NCBI GenBank assembly: GCA_964466315.1
Contig: CAYXNS010000001.1
Coordinates: 11,255 to 75,254, forward strand
Source of the DNA: an uncultured Gammaproteobacteria bacterium
Lineage (GTDB): Bacteria; Pseudomonadota; Gammaproteobacteria; Steroidobacterales; Rariloculaceae
DNA length: 64,000 nucleotides
Reading direction: 5' to 3'
The position numbers and the translations under genes are program-made. Positions 13,308-22,995 of the stretch are shown one piece after another (within the stretch, counting starts at the first letter, position 1; every line of letters starts with the position of its first letter). The notes under the pieces were generated by a model that made no database searches, had not been told where the DNA came from, and was given only the letters and a program-made list of their open reading frames with translations.

Positions 13308-14975
13308 CTAATGCTCGAGGATGTAGTAGGCCTTGCTGCGATGGTGATCCATGATGTTCGGCGAGAAGCCGCCGACCCAGGGTTTAACGAGCCGCACGGT
13401 GACATAGTGGTAGATCGGCATGATCGGCAGCTCTTCGAGCAGTATCGCCTCAGCCTGCTGCAGATATTTTGCGCGGACGGCGAGATCGGTCTCGATCGAT
13501 GCGAGCCCGAGCAGGTGATCGTATTCGGGGTTGCCCCAGCCGGTCGTGTTGAGCCCGCTCTCGGAGTGGTAGAGCTCCGCGAAAGTGTAGGCATCGTTAT
13601 AGTCGCCGATCCAGGCATCACGAAAAACCTGTGTCTCGGTCTTGGCTTGGCGCGTGTCGAGGAAGACCTTCCACTCCTGGTTCGTGAGGCTGACCTTGGC
13701 ACCGAGCACCTGTTTCCACATCGCCGTGACGGCAAGCCCGATGCGGCGGTGGTCTTCCAGTGTGTTGTACATGAACTCGGCGACGAGCGGGTTGTCCTCG
13801 GAGTAGCCCGCCAGCGTATAGAGGCGGCGAGCCTCTTCCTCGCGCTGTTCTTGAGTCCAGGAGGCTTCCTCCATCTCCTGGTTATCGTAATCATTCAGCG
13901 GTGGCACCCAGCCGAAAGCCGGAATCTCACCCGACGTCAGTACCTGCCCGGTGATGATGTCGCGGTCGATCGCGAGTGCGAGCGCGCGGCGCAGCTCGGG
14001 GCCATCGCTAAACGGCAGCCGTATCGTATTGAAGCTGTAGTAATAGGTGCCGAGATACGGCGCGATCAGGAGCTCGTCGGGAATGTTCTCACGTATCCAG
14101 GGGAGCTGACGGCGCGCGATTGTCGCGGACGTGATGTCGATCTCGTCGGCGCGGTAGCGCCGGATCTCGGCCGACTGATCTTCGGTATTGTGAAAGTAGA
14201 CGCGCTCGAGGATCGTGTTGTCGTTGTCCCAGTAGTACGGGTTTCGAACCACCTGGACGTTCGACTGTACGACCCAGTCGTCGAGCATGAACGCGCCGTT
14301 CGAGACCATGTTACCGGGCCGCGTGTGCTGGCCACCGTACGCTTCGACGCTTGCCCTGTACACGGGAAAACTGGACGAGTGCGTCAATAGCCCCAGGAAG
14401 TAGGGTGTCGGACTCTTGAGTTCAATCTCGAGCGTCTGGTCGTCTAGCGCACGGGCACCGAGGTCCATCAACGGGCGTTGGCCCGCCGCGATCTCGCGCG
14501 CGTTCAGTATCGGATTCAGGATGAAGGTGTAGCGCGACAGCGTGGCCGGATCGAGGCTACGCCTCAAGCTGAAGACGAAGTCCTCGGCGGTGACGGTATC
14601 GCCGTTCGACCAGCGTCCGTTTGCGCGCAGCCTGAACGTGTAAATCAGACCGTCCTCGCTGACCTCCCAGGACTCCGCGGCACCAGGTATCAGATCGCCG
14701 TTCGGCGCCTCGTTGACGAGCCCCTCGTATAGCTCGCGCTGAATGTTCGACCCGGGCACGCCCGAGCCCGTGTGTGGATCCAGCGTCTGCGGCTCCGCGC
14801 CGTTGCCCCAGTGAAGCTCTTGGACTTCGGCGAGCTCCGTCCCGCTCGCGCCGCCGATCGATCCGGTGACGAAAGACGCGCCGGCGACGTCGAGATCGTC
14901 ACCACCGCCACAGCCCGCCAATAAAGTCGCGATAGAGAAGATCGTGACGGGCCGGTAGCAGGCGTTGGGTTTCAT
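13308..14975 (-). CDS. Peptide ABC transporter substrate-binding lipoprotein (family 5 SBP, YejA/OppA-like)
   Basis: 555 aa with lipobox LLAGC and family-5 SBP sequence features. Confidence 0.88.
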   Translation of the reverse strand: MKPNACYRPVTIFSIATLLAGCGGGDDLDVAGASFVTGSIGGASGTELAEVQELHWGNGAEPQTLDPHTGSGVPGSNIQRELYEGLVNEAPNGDLIPGAAESWEVSEDGLIYTFRLRANGRWSNGDTVTAEDFVFSLRRSLDPATLSRYTFILNPILNAREIAAGQRPLMDLGARALDDQTLEIELKSPTPYFLGLLTHSSSFPVYRASVEAYGGQHTRPGNMVSNGAFMLDDWVVQSNVQVVRNPYYWDNDNTILERVYFHNTEDQSAEIRRYRADEIDITSATIARRQLPWIRENIPDELLIAPYLGTYYYSFNTIRLPFSDGPELRRALALAIDRDIITGQVLTSGEIPAFGWVPPLNDYDNQEMEEASWTQEQREEEARRLYTLAGYSEDNPLVAEFMYNTLEDHRRIGLAVTAMWKQVLGAKVSLTNQEWKVFLDTRQAKTETQVFRDAWIGDYNDAYTFAELYHSESGLNTTGWGNPEYDHLLGLASIETDLAVRAKYLQQAEAILLEELPIMPIYHYVTVRLVKPWVGGFSPNIMDHHRSKAYYILEH

Positions 14976-14996
14976 CTGACTCTCTCCACTGGGATC

Positions 14997-16895
14997 TCAG
15001 GCGCTACGCTTCAGTTCGCATTTCTTGAGATGAATCAGCAGCAGGGACATGGCCGCCGGCGTCATCCCCGAGATCCGGCTCGCCTGGCCGATGCTCATCG
15101 GCCGGATACGCTCGAGCTTTTCGCGCACTTCGTTCGAAAGACCCGTGACGGCAGCGTAGTCGAAGTCTGTGGGCAATTCGGCCGTCAAGTGCTTGCGCTG
15201 GCGTTCTATTTCGCTAGTCTGCCGCTCGATATAACCGTGATAACGAGCCTGAATCTCGAGTTGCTGGGCGACCTGCGTACTAACCTCGTCGATGAGTTCC
15301 GCGTAACCGTCCACCGATCCGACGCGTGCCAGCGTAACGATGTCCTCGTAGTGCATTTCGGGTCGCCGTAGCAAATCGTAGGCGGACACGTCCCGGCTCA
15401 GAACACCGATATCGCTATCCTGCGGCACATCCGCCGGACGAACCACGATTCCGCCGAGCCGCTCAGTTTCCTTATCTATGACGTCTCGCTTCGTCGCGAA
15501 CACGTGCCAACGTTCATCGTCCACGACTCCGAGTTCCCTGCCCTTCGGCGTTAGGCGCAGGTCCGCGTTGTCCTCACGCAGGGACAGACGATACTCCGCA
15601 CGGGAAGTGAACATGCGGTACGGCTCGGCCGTTCCGCATGTGATGAGGTCGTCGATCAACACACCGATATAAGCCTCATCCCGTTGCGGATACCACGGCT
15701 CACGACCGCTGACCGACAGCGCAGCGTTGACGCCGGCGACGAGGCCCTGTGCCGCCGCCTCCTCATAGCCCGTCGTACCGTTGATTTGGCCGGCGAAGTA
15801 AAGACCCGCGATCGCCTTAGTCTCGAGGCTTCCGAGAAGATCGCGCGGATTGAAGAAGTCGTACTCAATCGCGTAGCCCGGCCGCGTAATCCTCGCGTTC
15901 TCGAACCCCTTGATCGAACGGACAAACTCATGCTGCACGTCGAACGGCAGACTCGTCGAGATTCCGTTCGGATAGATCTCATCGGTCTCGAGACCCTCGG
16001 GCTCAACGAATATCTGGTGTGAGTCCTTGTCGGCAAAGCGCACGACCTTGTCTTCTATCGATGGACAATAACGTGGCCCAGTGCCTTCGATGGCCCCGGT
16101 GAACATCGGCGAACGGTCGAGACTTCCGAGGATGATCTCATGCGTTCTCGGCGTCGTATGAGTGATATGACAGGGAATTTGCCGAGGATGTTTAGCCCGT
16201 GTACCGAGAAAGGAAAAAACCGGTGTTGGGACATCCCCAGGCTGTAGCTGCATACGAGTGTAGTCGAGACTGCGGCCATCTATTCGAGGTGGCGTCCCGG
16301 TCTTGAGCCGACCGACGGCCAGATCGAGCTCTCTGAGCCGCCGTGCTAACGTCATCGCGGCCGGGTCGCCCATACGCCCACCCGCAGAGCGCTTCTCGCC
16401 CACATGAATCTGGCCTGCGAGGAATGTACCGACCGTGAGCACGACCTTCGGCGCCATAATCTCTATGCCGGAAGAAGTGACGACGCCGCGGAGACGATCA
16501 CCGGCCAGCAGCAAATCGTCGATGCCCTGCTGCAGCAACGTCAGGCATGGCTGCGCCTCCAGGATTCGGCGGATGGCTTGACGGTAGAGGACGCGGTCGG
16601 CCTGCGCACGTGTCGCGCGAACCGCCGGCCCCTTGCGTGAGTTCAGCGTCCGGAAATGGATACCCGCGCGGTCGATAGCGCGCGCCATCGCACCACCGAG
16701 CGCATCGACCTCCTTGGCGAGATGACCCTTGCCGATACCGCCGATAGCTGGATTGCAGCTCATCTGCCCGAGCGTGTCGAGATTCTGTGTCACCAGCAGC
16801 GTATTCGCGCCCACGCGGGCAGCCGCAAGCGCTGCTTCGGTGCCCGCGTGGCCACCGCCGACGACAATGCAGTCGAATGTATCGGAGTATTTCAT
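14997..16895 (-). CDS. mnmG: tRNA uridine 5-carboxymethylaminomethyl modification enzyme MnmG (GidA)
   Basis: The homology starts at the internal Met ([25 protein letters not shown] at 16895). The 50-aa upstream extension in the ORF track is not conserved sequence. Confidence 0.96.
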   Translation of the reverse strand: MKYSDTFDCIVVGGGHAGTEAALAAARVGANTLLVTQNLDTLGQMSCNPAIGGIGKGHLAKEVDALGGAMARAIDRAGIHFRTLNSRKGPAVRATRAQADRVLYRQAIRRILEAQPCLTLLQQGIDDLLLAGDRLRGVVTSSGIEIMAPKVVLTVGTFLAGQIHVGEKRSAGGRMGDPAAMTLARRLRELDLAVGRLKTGTPPRIDGRSLDYTRMQLQPGDVPTPVFSFLGTRAKHPRQIPCHITHTTPRTHEIILGSLDRSPMFTGAIEGTGPRYCPSIEDKVVRFADKDSHQIFVEPEGLETDEIYPNGISTSLPFDVQHEFVRSIKGFENARITRPGYAIEYDFFNPRDLLGSLETKAIAGLYFAGQINGTTGYEEAAAQGLVAGVNAALSVSGREPWYPQRDEAYIGVLIDDLITCGTAEPYRMFTSRAEYRLSLREDNADLRLTPKGRELGVVDDERWHVFATKRDVIDKETERLGGIVVRPADVPQDSDIGVLSRDVSAYDLLRRPEMHYEDIVTLARVGSVDGYAELIDEVSTQVAQQLEIQARYHGYIERQTSEIERQRKHLTAELPTDFDYAAVTGLSNEVREKLERIRPMSIGQASRISGMTPAAMSLLLIHLKKCELKRSA

Positions 16896-17050
16896 GATTT
16901 TCTGTCCGTGGAGTGGGATTTTAGGGCGATTCCTGCTCTCCCGGCTAGCAACCGCGAGAAATTGCTTGGCTGAACATAACGAAATTAATTCGCTCTCGAA
17001 AAACTTATGTAAAGGTTTTGGCTCCAAATTCGGGAGCAACGTCACTGATC

Positions 17051-17707
17051 ATGGCGAACAGTGCGTGCAGGATATTGCTCTCTACCGTTGTATCGAAGGT
17101 TCCAGTGACTGCTTTCCCGTCTCACAACGAACCCCCAGAAATTATTGCGGACAATGTGGATCTCGATCCGCTCACGGGAACATTAACTCGGCAAGCCTTC
17201 TTCCAGCGATTAATAGATCGAGCGGCTGCCGCGAACACCAAGGCACATACATTCGCCATTTGTCTTGTCAACGCTGATCAACTCAAGAATGTAAATCTAT
17301 CGCACGGTCAACAGACCGGCGACCAAGTGCTCACACAACTCACGCGTCGAATTCGTTTAGACCTAGCTGTCACGCTATCCGATACACAGGAAATCGATCT
17401 CTGTCGCTACGACGGCAATGGATTTGCATTGCTCATACCCGATTCGGATCTCGAACAGGCGTCCGAAGCGGCAGAGAGCTTCCGGCGTGCGATCAGCGAG
17501 ACCGAGATCCAGCGTGGCTTACGGGTCACCGTCTCCGTCGGTGTCTCTCAGTACCGTCTCTGGGAATCGGCGGAAGATACTCTCTCACGCGCCGAGCACG
17601 CTTTGCATCTTGCGAAACAGTTCGGGCGCGACCGCGTCGAGGTGGCCGCGAGCCCCAAGTCCAGGGCAGAAGTTGCCGAAGTCATTCCCATAGACAGGCC
17701 TGCTTAG
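17051..17707 (+). CDS. GGDEF-domain protein with a degenerate active site (YDGNGF)
   Basis: LDPLTGTLTRQAF...RYDGNGFALLIP...VTVSVGVSQY...AEHALHLAKQFGRDRV covers a full GGDEF fold. The GG(D/E)EF motif reads DGNGF and there is no RxxD I-site. The start at ATG 17051 is preferred over TTG 17018. Confidence 0.8.
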   Translation: MANSACRILLSTVVSKVPVTAFPSHNEPPEIIADNVDLDPLTGTLTRQAFFQRLIDRAAAANTKAHTFAICLVNADQLKNVNLSHGQQTGDQVLTQLTRRIRLDLAVTLSDTQEIDLCRYDGNGFALLIPDSDLEQASEAAESFRRAISETEIQRGLRVTVSVGVSQYRLWESAEDTLSRAEHALHLAKQFGRDRVEVAASPKSRAEVAEVIPIDRPA

Positions 17708-17765
17708 TCAACCTACAGGCGCGGCAGCGATTCGCTTGAACCGCTGCCGCTACATGCTCAGACGT

Positions 17766-19877
17766 CTATCTTGCGAGCGGGTCGGGTCTGACCTGGAAAT
17801 GCACCACGAGTGGCCGGGTCCCCTGGCCGCCTTCTTTCAGCCACGGCGTGCGATCGCCACTCGGCACCCAGAGGCCGCGGCCCTTCCAGCCCGTATCCGG
17901 GTCGTCGATACGGCCATCGAAGCCCTTGCTGTAGAAGCCCAGCGGATAGGGAATGCGCATCGTGATGAACTCGCCGTCGACGAGTGCGTGCACGCCGTCG
18001 AATAGATTCGCTGTCGACATCGGTACGTTGTCGCCGAGTCCCAACGAATTGCGCTGATCGACCCAGCTGTAGTAGCTCGACTCCACGCTGTACTCGGGCA
18101 GCTCGGAGAACCCCGGTCCCGGATAGCGATGGAACGTCCAGCCCTCTGGACAATGATCGCCCGTCGCGGTCGGGCCGTTGAGCGGCCCTTCGCATTTTTT
18201 TCGATCGAATTCGCCGAGGTGGCCACTGCCCAGGGACACCCAGACGACACCATTGCGGTCGATGTCCGCGCCGCGCGAGCCGAAGCCCGGTAGCGGGATG
18301 TTATAGACCTCGGCAAGTGCCGTATCCGGAGGGTTCGAGCCGGGGGCCAGGCGGATGATTTTGCCGGGGTAAGAGAAGCTCGTCGTACCCCAGACGGAGC
18401 CATCGGCAGGACTCGGCATGATCGCATAATAGCCGGCGGAGATGCGCGTATCGAGATTCGGATCCATTGGCTCGCCGGGCTCGGTCCATTCGTCGCGCTG
18501 CCCGTTGCCGTTGGTATCGAGAATCAGCGGAGCCCAACCGACGGCCGCTTCCACGTCACCGGTCTCGTCAAACAAGTCAGTGTTGAACCAGCCTACGACG
18601 TCATTGCCACCACTCGTCCAGAGCGTGTTGTCCTCATCCTCCGCGAACTGCAGATGATGTGTCGAGTAGCAGGTGTCGATGAATGTGTACTCTTCGGTCT
18701 CAGGCTCGTAGACGGCTAGATTCCGGTTCGTCCGCTCGGTCGGGAAAAGCTGCGCCGATGGATGATCGGAGCCTTCCCTGCAGTAATCCGGGTTGCTCGG
18801 ACCACGCACCCGCGCCGTATACCAGACCCTGCCTTTGTGATCGAACATCGGGTTGTGAGCATTCGCCTGGCTATCCCAGATACGCTCCTCGCCCCAATAC
18901 GGCGACGCCCGCACGATGGGCGCGGTGTTCGTCGTCGGCGTATCAGCATCTCGAACCGGGGCACGGAAAGTCACAGCCGTATTCGCGACAGGATCGAGAA
19001 TCGGGAAGTTGTCGGTGCTGAGTTCCGGCGCGCCGTAGATCTTGCCGTAGGGGTTGAGCGTCGGGTTACGCCTGTCTGTCGATGACAGGTCGTGCAGATA
19101 GGACTTCGGATCGGCCCAATCCCTCACGGTCGCGACGACGTTTCGCTCGATGCCCTGCGGCCGTTCCGGTATCCATGACGGTATTTCACCGGCCGCAATG
19201 CGATCGGTCCAATCGGCCAGATGTTGAAACGGCACGCCACCAAGTCTACCGGCAAGCGGATTGATCATTTGTGAGGCAGCCTGGCCAGACTGCACCCTGC
19301 GTACCCACGCATCCTGTGAATTCTCAAACTCACCGAGCACCTCGGGAATCGTGCGCGTCGCGAGATTGCCGAGCTGGTGACAACCGACACAGGTCTGGTT
19401 CTTCATGATGCCCAGATACTCGTTCAAACCACCCGGCACGTGGCCGAGATCGCTCTCGTTGGGCAGGTGCATCATCGCGTACCATGCCGCGGCAGGATAG
19501 ACTTCGGCGGCAACCGCCTCATTGGGAGCGATTACTGCGGTCAGGTCGACGACACTGCCGCGCTCGCCCGCAACCTTTTCGGAGTCGGCAAGTCCGTAGC
19601 CGCGCACCCAGAGTTCGTAGTCTGCTTCGGGTAGATCCGGCACGAGATACCGGCCCTCGTCGTCAGTTACGACAATCTTTGCAAAGAACGTATCGAAGTC
19701 ACCAGTCTCGGCGATGACCCAGACACCCGCTTCGGGCCCGTCCGCACTCGTGACGACACCGCCGACGTCGTCGGAGTCGACCGGAACCGCATTTCCCTGC
19801 GAGTTCGCCAGCATTGACCACACGAGCATCGGAAGAAATACAGTGATTGCCGCCCAACGGCTGTTCGCTATCTTCAT
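17766..19877 (-). CDS. Secreted uncharacterised protein: carboxypeptidase-regulatory-like domain, one CxxCH heme-c motif and beta-propeller-like repeats
   Basis: Signal peptide MKIANSRWAAITVFLPMLVWSMLANSQG with GGAG upstream of ATG 19877. The N-terminal segment GVVTSADGPEAGVWVIAE...DDEGRYLVPDLPEADYELWVRGYG is followed by CVGCH. The C-terminal part has repeated GxVW(G/V)(T/S) strands. Confidence 0.8.
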   Translation of the reverse strand: MKIANSRWAAITVFLPMLVWSMLANSQGNAVPVDSDDVGGVVTSADGPEAGVWVIAETGDFDTFFAKIVVTDDEGRYLVPDLPEADYELWVRGYGLADSEKVAGERGSVVDLTAVIAPNEAVAAEVYPAAAWYAMMHLPNESDLGHVPGGLNEYLGIMKNQTCVGCHQLGNLATRTIPEVLGEFENSQDAWVRRVQSGQAASQMINPLAGRLGGVPFQHLADWTDRIAAGEIPSWIPERPQGIERNVVATVRDWADPKSYLHDLSSTDRRNPTLNPYGKIYGAPELSTDNFPILDPVANTAVTFRAPVRDADTPTTNTAPIVRASPYWGEERIWDSQANAHNPMFDHKGRVWYTARVRGPSNPDYCREGSDHPSAQLFPTERTNRNLAVYEPETEEYTFIDTCYSTHHLQFAEDEDNTLWTSGGNDVVGWFNTDLFDETGDVEAAVGWAPLILDTNGNGQRDEWTEPGEPMDPNLDTRISAGYYAIMPSPADGSVWGTTSFSYPGKIIRLAPGSNPPDTALAEVYNIPLPGFGSRGADIDRNGVVWVSLGSGHLGEFDRKKCEGPLNGPTATGDHCPEGWTFHRYPGPGFSELPEYSVESSYYSWVDQRNSLGLGDNVPMSTANLFDGVHALVDGEFITMRIPYPLGFYSKGFDGRIDDPDTGWKGRGLWVPSGDRTPWLKEGGQGTRPLVVHFQVRPDPLAR

Positions 19878-20203
19878 ATTGGTACTCCGGTTATTTCCCC
19901 GTCTGTTAGCGGACTCGGCAATCCTGGTGCTTCCGGGATTCAGCACGACCGCGTTCGAATTCTTCTAGTGCGTGTAGTTGTACTCGGCAAGGTCCCCGAT
20001 GACGCGATGGAATGAGCGCCCGTACAGACATCTATGCATGTTGCCCTCCCCGCGTTACTGGACCCGGCAGGATGGCCGTCTGCCGATCGGATGCACCATA
20101 TTATAGGCCAAGAATCAGCTGAGTCCTTATCCCGCTGCGGGCCCGATCTGGTTAGAATTCAGTATCTAACGACTCGCGAAGCACGAGTAGGGAGATCGAG
20201 AGC

Positions 20204-21433
20204 ATGAGAATAACGAACGACACGGCTTCGACGGCCGTGACCCTAGCCATTCTGGCGTTGACGCCCATACTCGTCACCGGCCAACCAGACCTTCCAAGAG
20301 ATGGTGACGACCGGCCGATTCTGGGTGAACTGTCGCGCACGCCGCTCGAACGATACTCCACGAGCCCACCGGGCGTAACGGTCCAGATGATCCTGACGGG
20401 CCTCGACGTTATCTGGGGCCTCGAGTTCGCGCCCGATGGCCGGCTTTTTCTTACGGAAAAAGCCGGCCGCATTCGCGTGGTCAACCCTGGACAGGGGCTC
20501 GATTCCACACCCTGGGCAACGCTCGACAATGTCAACGCTGAAATACGCGAACGCGGCCTTTTCGGCCTCGCGCTTCACCCAGAATTTCCGGACGAGCCGT
20601 GGATCTACGTCATGTACGCCTACGATATCGGCGGCGACCGGACGACAAACCGCGTGAGCCGTTTTCGCGAAGTCAACGGCCGTGGTGTGCGCGAAGAGAT
20701 CATCCTTGACGATATCCCCGGTGCGACGACACACAATGGCGGTCGTCTGCGCTTCGGCCCCGACGGCATGCTCTATATCGGTACGGGTGACGCCCGCGAC
20801 CGCCGTCGGGCACAGAACCTCGAGAATCTCGGTGGCAGCATTCTGCGGCTCGAACCCGACGGCGACATCCCGAGGGACAACCCCTGGCCCGACAACCCGA
20901 TCTGGGCATACGGATTCCGCAACCCCACGGGCATAGCGTTTCGCCCCAGCGATGGCGCACTCTTCGTCGCGGACCACGGCCCGACCGTCGAGTGGGAGCC
21001 AAGGATAGGCGCCTACGACGAGATCAACATCGTCGAGAGGGGTGCCAACTACGGCTGGCCGGTCGTGGTCGGTGCAGCCGGTGAGGCGGGTTATGTAGAT
21101 CCGATCCTGTCATGGATACCGTCCGTACCGCCCGGCGATCTCCTCTTCCACAACGGCGATCTCTTCTTGAGTACGCTGTGGTCGGAGGCGTTGATCAGAA
21201 TTCAGTTCGACGATTCCACCGATCCCAATCGCGTGACTAGCGTCGAGCGCTGGTTCAACAGCCAAGTCTGGCGCGACGGCGTACTCCCAGAGTCCGTCTA
21301 CGGCCGCCTCCGGGCCCTGGCCGTGGGGCCGGACGGTGCGCTGTATCTCGGGACGACGAATCGCGACGGGCGCCTGGACCCAGGGCCGGATGACGACCGG
21401 TTGTTGCGGATCGTGATTGAAGATGGCGGTTAG
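20204..21433 (+). CDS. PQQ-dependent sugar dehydrogenase (soluble aldose/sorbosone dehydrogenase, YliI-like), paralog 1
   Basis: 409 aa with a signal peptide. Motifs: WGLEFAPDGRLFLTEKAGRIRVV, HNGGRLRFGPDGMLYIGTGD, GFRNPTGIAF, GANYGWP. Confidence 0.88.
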   Translation: MRITNDTASTAVTLAILALTPILVTGQPDLPRDGDDRPILGELSRTPLERYSTSPPGVTVQMILTGLDVIWGLEFAPDGRLFLTEKAGRIRVVNPGQGLDSTPWATLDNVNAEIRERGLFGLALHPEFPDEPWIYVMYAYDIGGDRTTNRVSRFREVNGRGVREEIILDDIPGATTHNGGRLRFGPDGMLYIGTGDARDRRRAQNLENLGGSILRLEPDGDIPRDNPWPDNPIWAYGFRNPTGIAFRPSDGALFVADHGPTVEWEPRIGAYDEINIVERGANYGWPVVVGAAGEAGYVDPILSWIPSVPPGDLLFHNGDLFLSTLWSEALIRIQFDDSTDPNRVTSVERWFNSQVWRDGVLPESVYGRLRALAVGPDGALYLGTTNRDGRLDPGPDDDRLLRIVIEDGG

Positions 21434-21607
21434 CCGTAAACTCAGCCGGTTCTAGACTATTTCCCCGAGAAAAAACCCGGCAGCTGCTTGACGGGCTTTC
21501 GGGCTCCGAATAGCCATGTCCTCTCTCACCGTTCCGATCTGCCGTATGTTCTTGGGGCAGTTCGCGTATGCGAGTGGTGCAGTGTCGCTATGGGCGCGAA
21601 AGGTAAA

Positions 21608-21835
21608 ATGCGCAATTTAAAGGCGCTTAGGCAGGATAAGCGTGATATGAGACAGCGAGTTAGTCCAAGCGAGTTCTATCTGGTGGCCTTGGCAGTAGTC
21701 CGCGCAGGTTCTAGCCGGGAGGCTAGGGAGCTTCTTTGCCGGTACGAATCCGGCGATTTGAGCGCCAGCGAGCTGATCCGAATCCTTGCGAACTCGGCCA
21801 TACGACCTTGTGAAGCTGGCCGGCCGACCCCATAA
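21608..21835 (+). CDS. Hypothetical small protein
   Basis: 75 aa counted from the ATG preceded by AAGG. No recognisable family. It ends 12 nt before the HD hydrolase gene. The start is uncertain (other candidates at 21488 and 21590). Confidence 0.3.
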   Translation: MRNLKALRQDKRDMRQRVSPSEFYLVALAVVRAGSSREARELLCRYESGDLSASELIRILANSAIRPCEAGRPTP

Positions 21836-21847
21836 CTATGGACGAGA

Positions 21848-22693
21848 ATGTCTGATCCCCTGTACCCCCAAGTTGAGCTGCTTCGCGCCGTCGGCTTTGC
21901 CGCTGAGAGGCATCGCTATCAGCTCCGTAAGGGCGCGGATCGGACGCCCTACATCAATCACCCTATCGCGGTGGCCGAGCTACTGGCGCAGGTAGGTGGA
22001 ATCTCCGATCTGGCAACGCTCGCGGCCGCGTTGCTGCATGACACTGTAGAGGACACCAAGACTGAGCCTGACGAGATCGAGGACGCCTTCGGGGTTGAGG
22101 TCTGTGACCTGGTGGTCGAGGTGACTGACGACAAGCGGCTACCCAAGGCAGAGCGTAAGCGGCTTCAAATCGTACATGGGCCTCATCTCTCAGAAAGGGC
22201 CAGAGCGATCAAGATTGCTGACAAAACCTGCAACGTCCGTGATATCACGCATACGCCGCCCTCCGACTGGTCGATGGAGCGAAAGATCGAATACCTGGAC
22301 TGGGCGGAGAAGGTGGTTTCTGCTTGCCGAGGCGTTAACCAGCCCTTGGAGAGATATTTCGATGAAGTGCTGCGGCGAGGTCGTGACGAGCTTGAGAAAC
22401 CCGCCGCGCCTGCAACTGGAGTAGGAGCAATGGTTGTTCCAGTATCACGAATAGCCGGCGTTGGCTCATACAAGGATCGGCCTGTCGTTTGGGGCGACTC
22501 CCCTGACGGCGGTCTCGCCGCCCTCTCCATGAGAGGACCTGGCGGGAACTGGTCCAATATGAACCCGGCGCTGGCAGTTAACTCAGCCGTGCCCATGGAT
22601 CGGAGCGAGTTCGCTACGACATTCGCTACCTGGTTCAAGGACGACTTAGAAACAAGCGTTTCCGCAACCCCTGAGAGCCAGCCAGGTGATTGA
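21848..22693 (+). CDS. HD-domain (p)ppGpp hydrolase-like protein (Mesh1 / small alarmone hydrolase type) with a C-terminal extension of about 95 aa
   Basis: The N-terminal part (FAAERHRYQLRKGADRTPYINHPIAVAELL...LLHDTVEDT...VTDDKRLPKAERKRLQ...KIADKTCNVRD) matches the RelA/SpoT hydrolase HD fold. Residues from about 185 to 281 have no recognisable family. Confidence 0.8.
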   Translation: MSDPLYPQVELLRAVGFAAERHRYQLRKGADRTPYINHPIAVAELLAQVGGISDLATLAAALLHDTVEDTKTEPDEIEDAFGVEVCDLVVEVTDDKRLPKAERKRLQIVHGPHLSERARAIKIADKTCNVRDITHTPPSDWSMERKIEYLDWAEKVVSACRGVNQPLERYFDEVLRRGRDELEKPAAPATGVGAMVVPVSRIAGVGSYKDRPVVWGDSPDGGLAALSMRGPGGNWSNMNPALAVNSAVPMDRSEFATTFATWFKDDLETSVSATPESQPGD

Positions 22694-22771
22694 ACTACAT
22701 TGGTTTGACTCTATTTCATGATCGTTGTGCAAGAGTCTGACTGAGTAAGCTCGGCTCTGAAGATAAGCCGG

Positions 22772-22927
22772 TTAGGACTCACTTTGGGCAGCGACTGCTT
22801 TGCGCTTCATCCGCTCCTGAGCCCGTCTGATCTGCACCGCAATGTTCTCGCCACTCTTCGTCGGCTTGTCCTTAAAGAGACCAAGCCATCGTTCAGCATC
22901 CCAGAGAACGACTCTCGACTCGTTCGC
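22772..22927 (-). pseudogene. Startless ORF remnant of unknown family
   Basis: The reverse frame is open between two stops and reads ANESRVVLWDAERWLGLFKDKPTKSGENIAVQIRRAQERMKRKAVAAQSES. The only canonical start codon is near the 3' end. Confidence 0.25.
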
Positions 22928-22995
22928 TTAGTCGTCTAATTAAAGCGGTTTTTTTGGCATCTCTGGGACGCTCTGGGCCCTCCCTGGACGCAGGG

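Noticed and set aside
13052-14390. Long ORFs antisense to or out of frame with the SBP gene (13052-13894 reverse strand, 280 aa; 13254-14390 forward strand, 378 aa). Similar cases occur at 2473-3564, 36784-37686, 42165-43118, 49269-50174, 55436-56149 and 61552-62250.
   Set aside because: Their compositions are Arg/Pro/Gly-rich and of low complexity, as is typical of shadow frames in GC-rich DNA. Each fully overlaps a gene with strong family signatures.
16896-17050. The mnmG upstream spacer, considered as an E. coli-style oriC.
   Set aside because: There are no DnaA-box matches better than chance, no GATC clustering and no AT-rich 13-mers. At 155 bp it is too short.
21434-22995. The HD-hydrolase module, considered as a toxin-antitoxin or defence system.
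   Set aside because: No synthetase, nuclease or other toxin-like partner is recognisable. I kept it as a finding about the unusual hydrolase, not as a system call.
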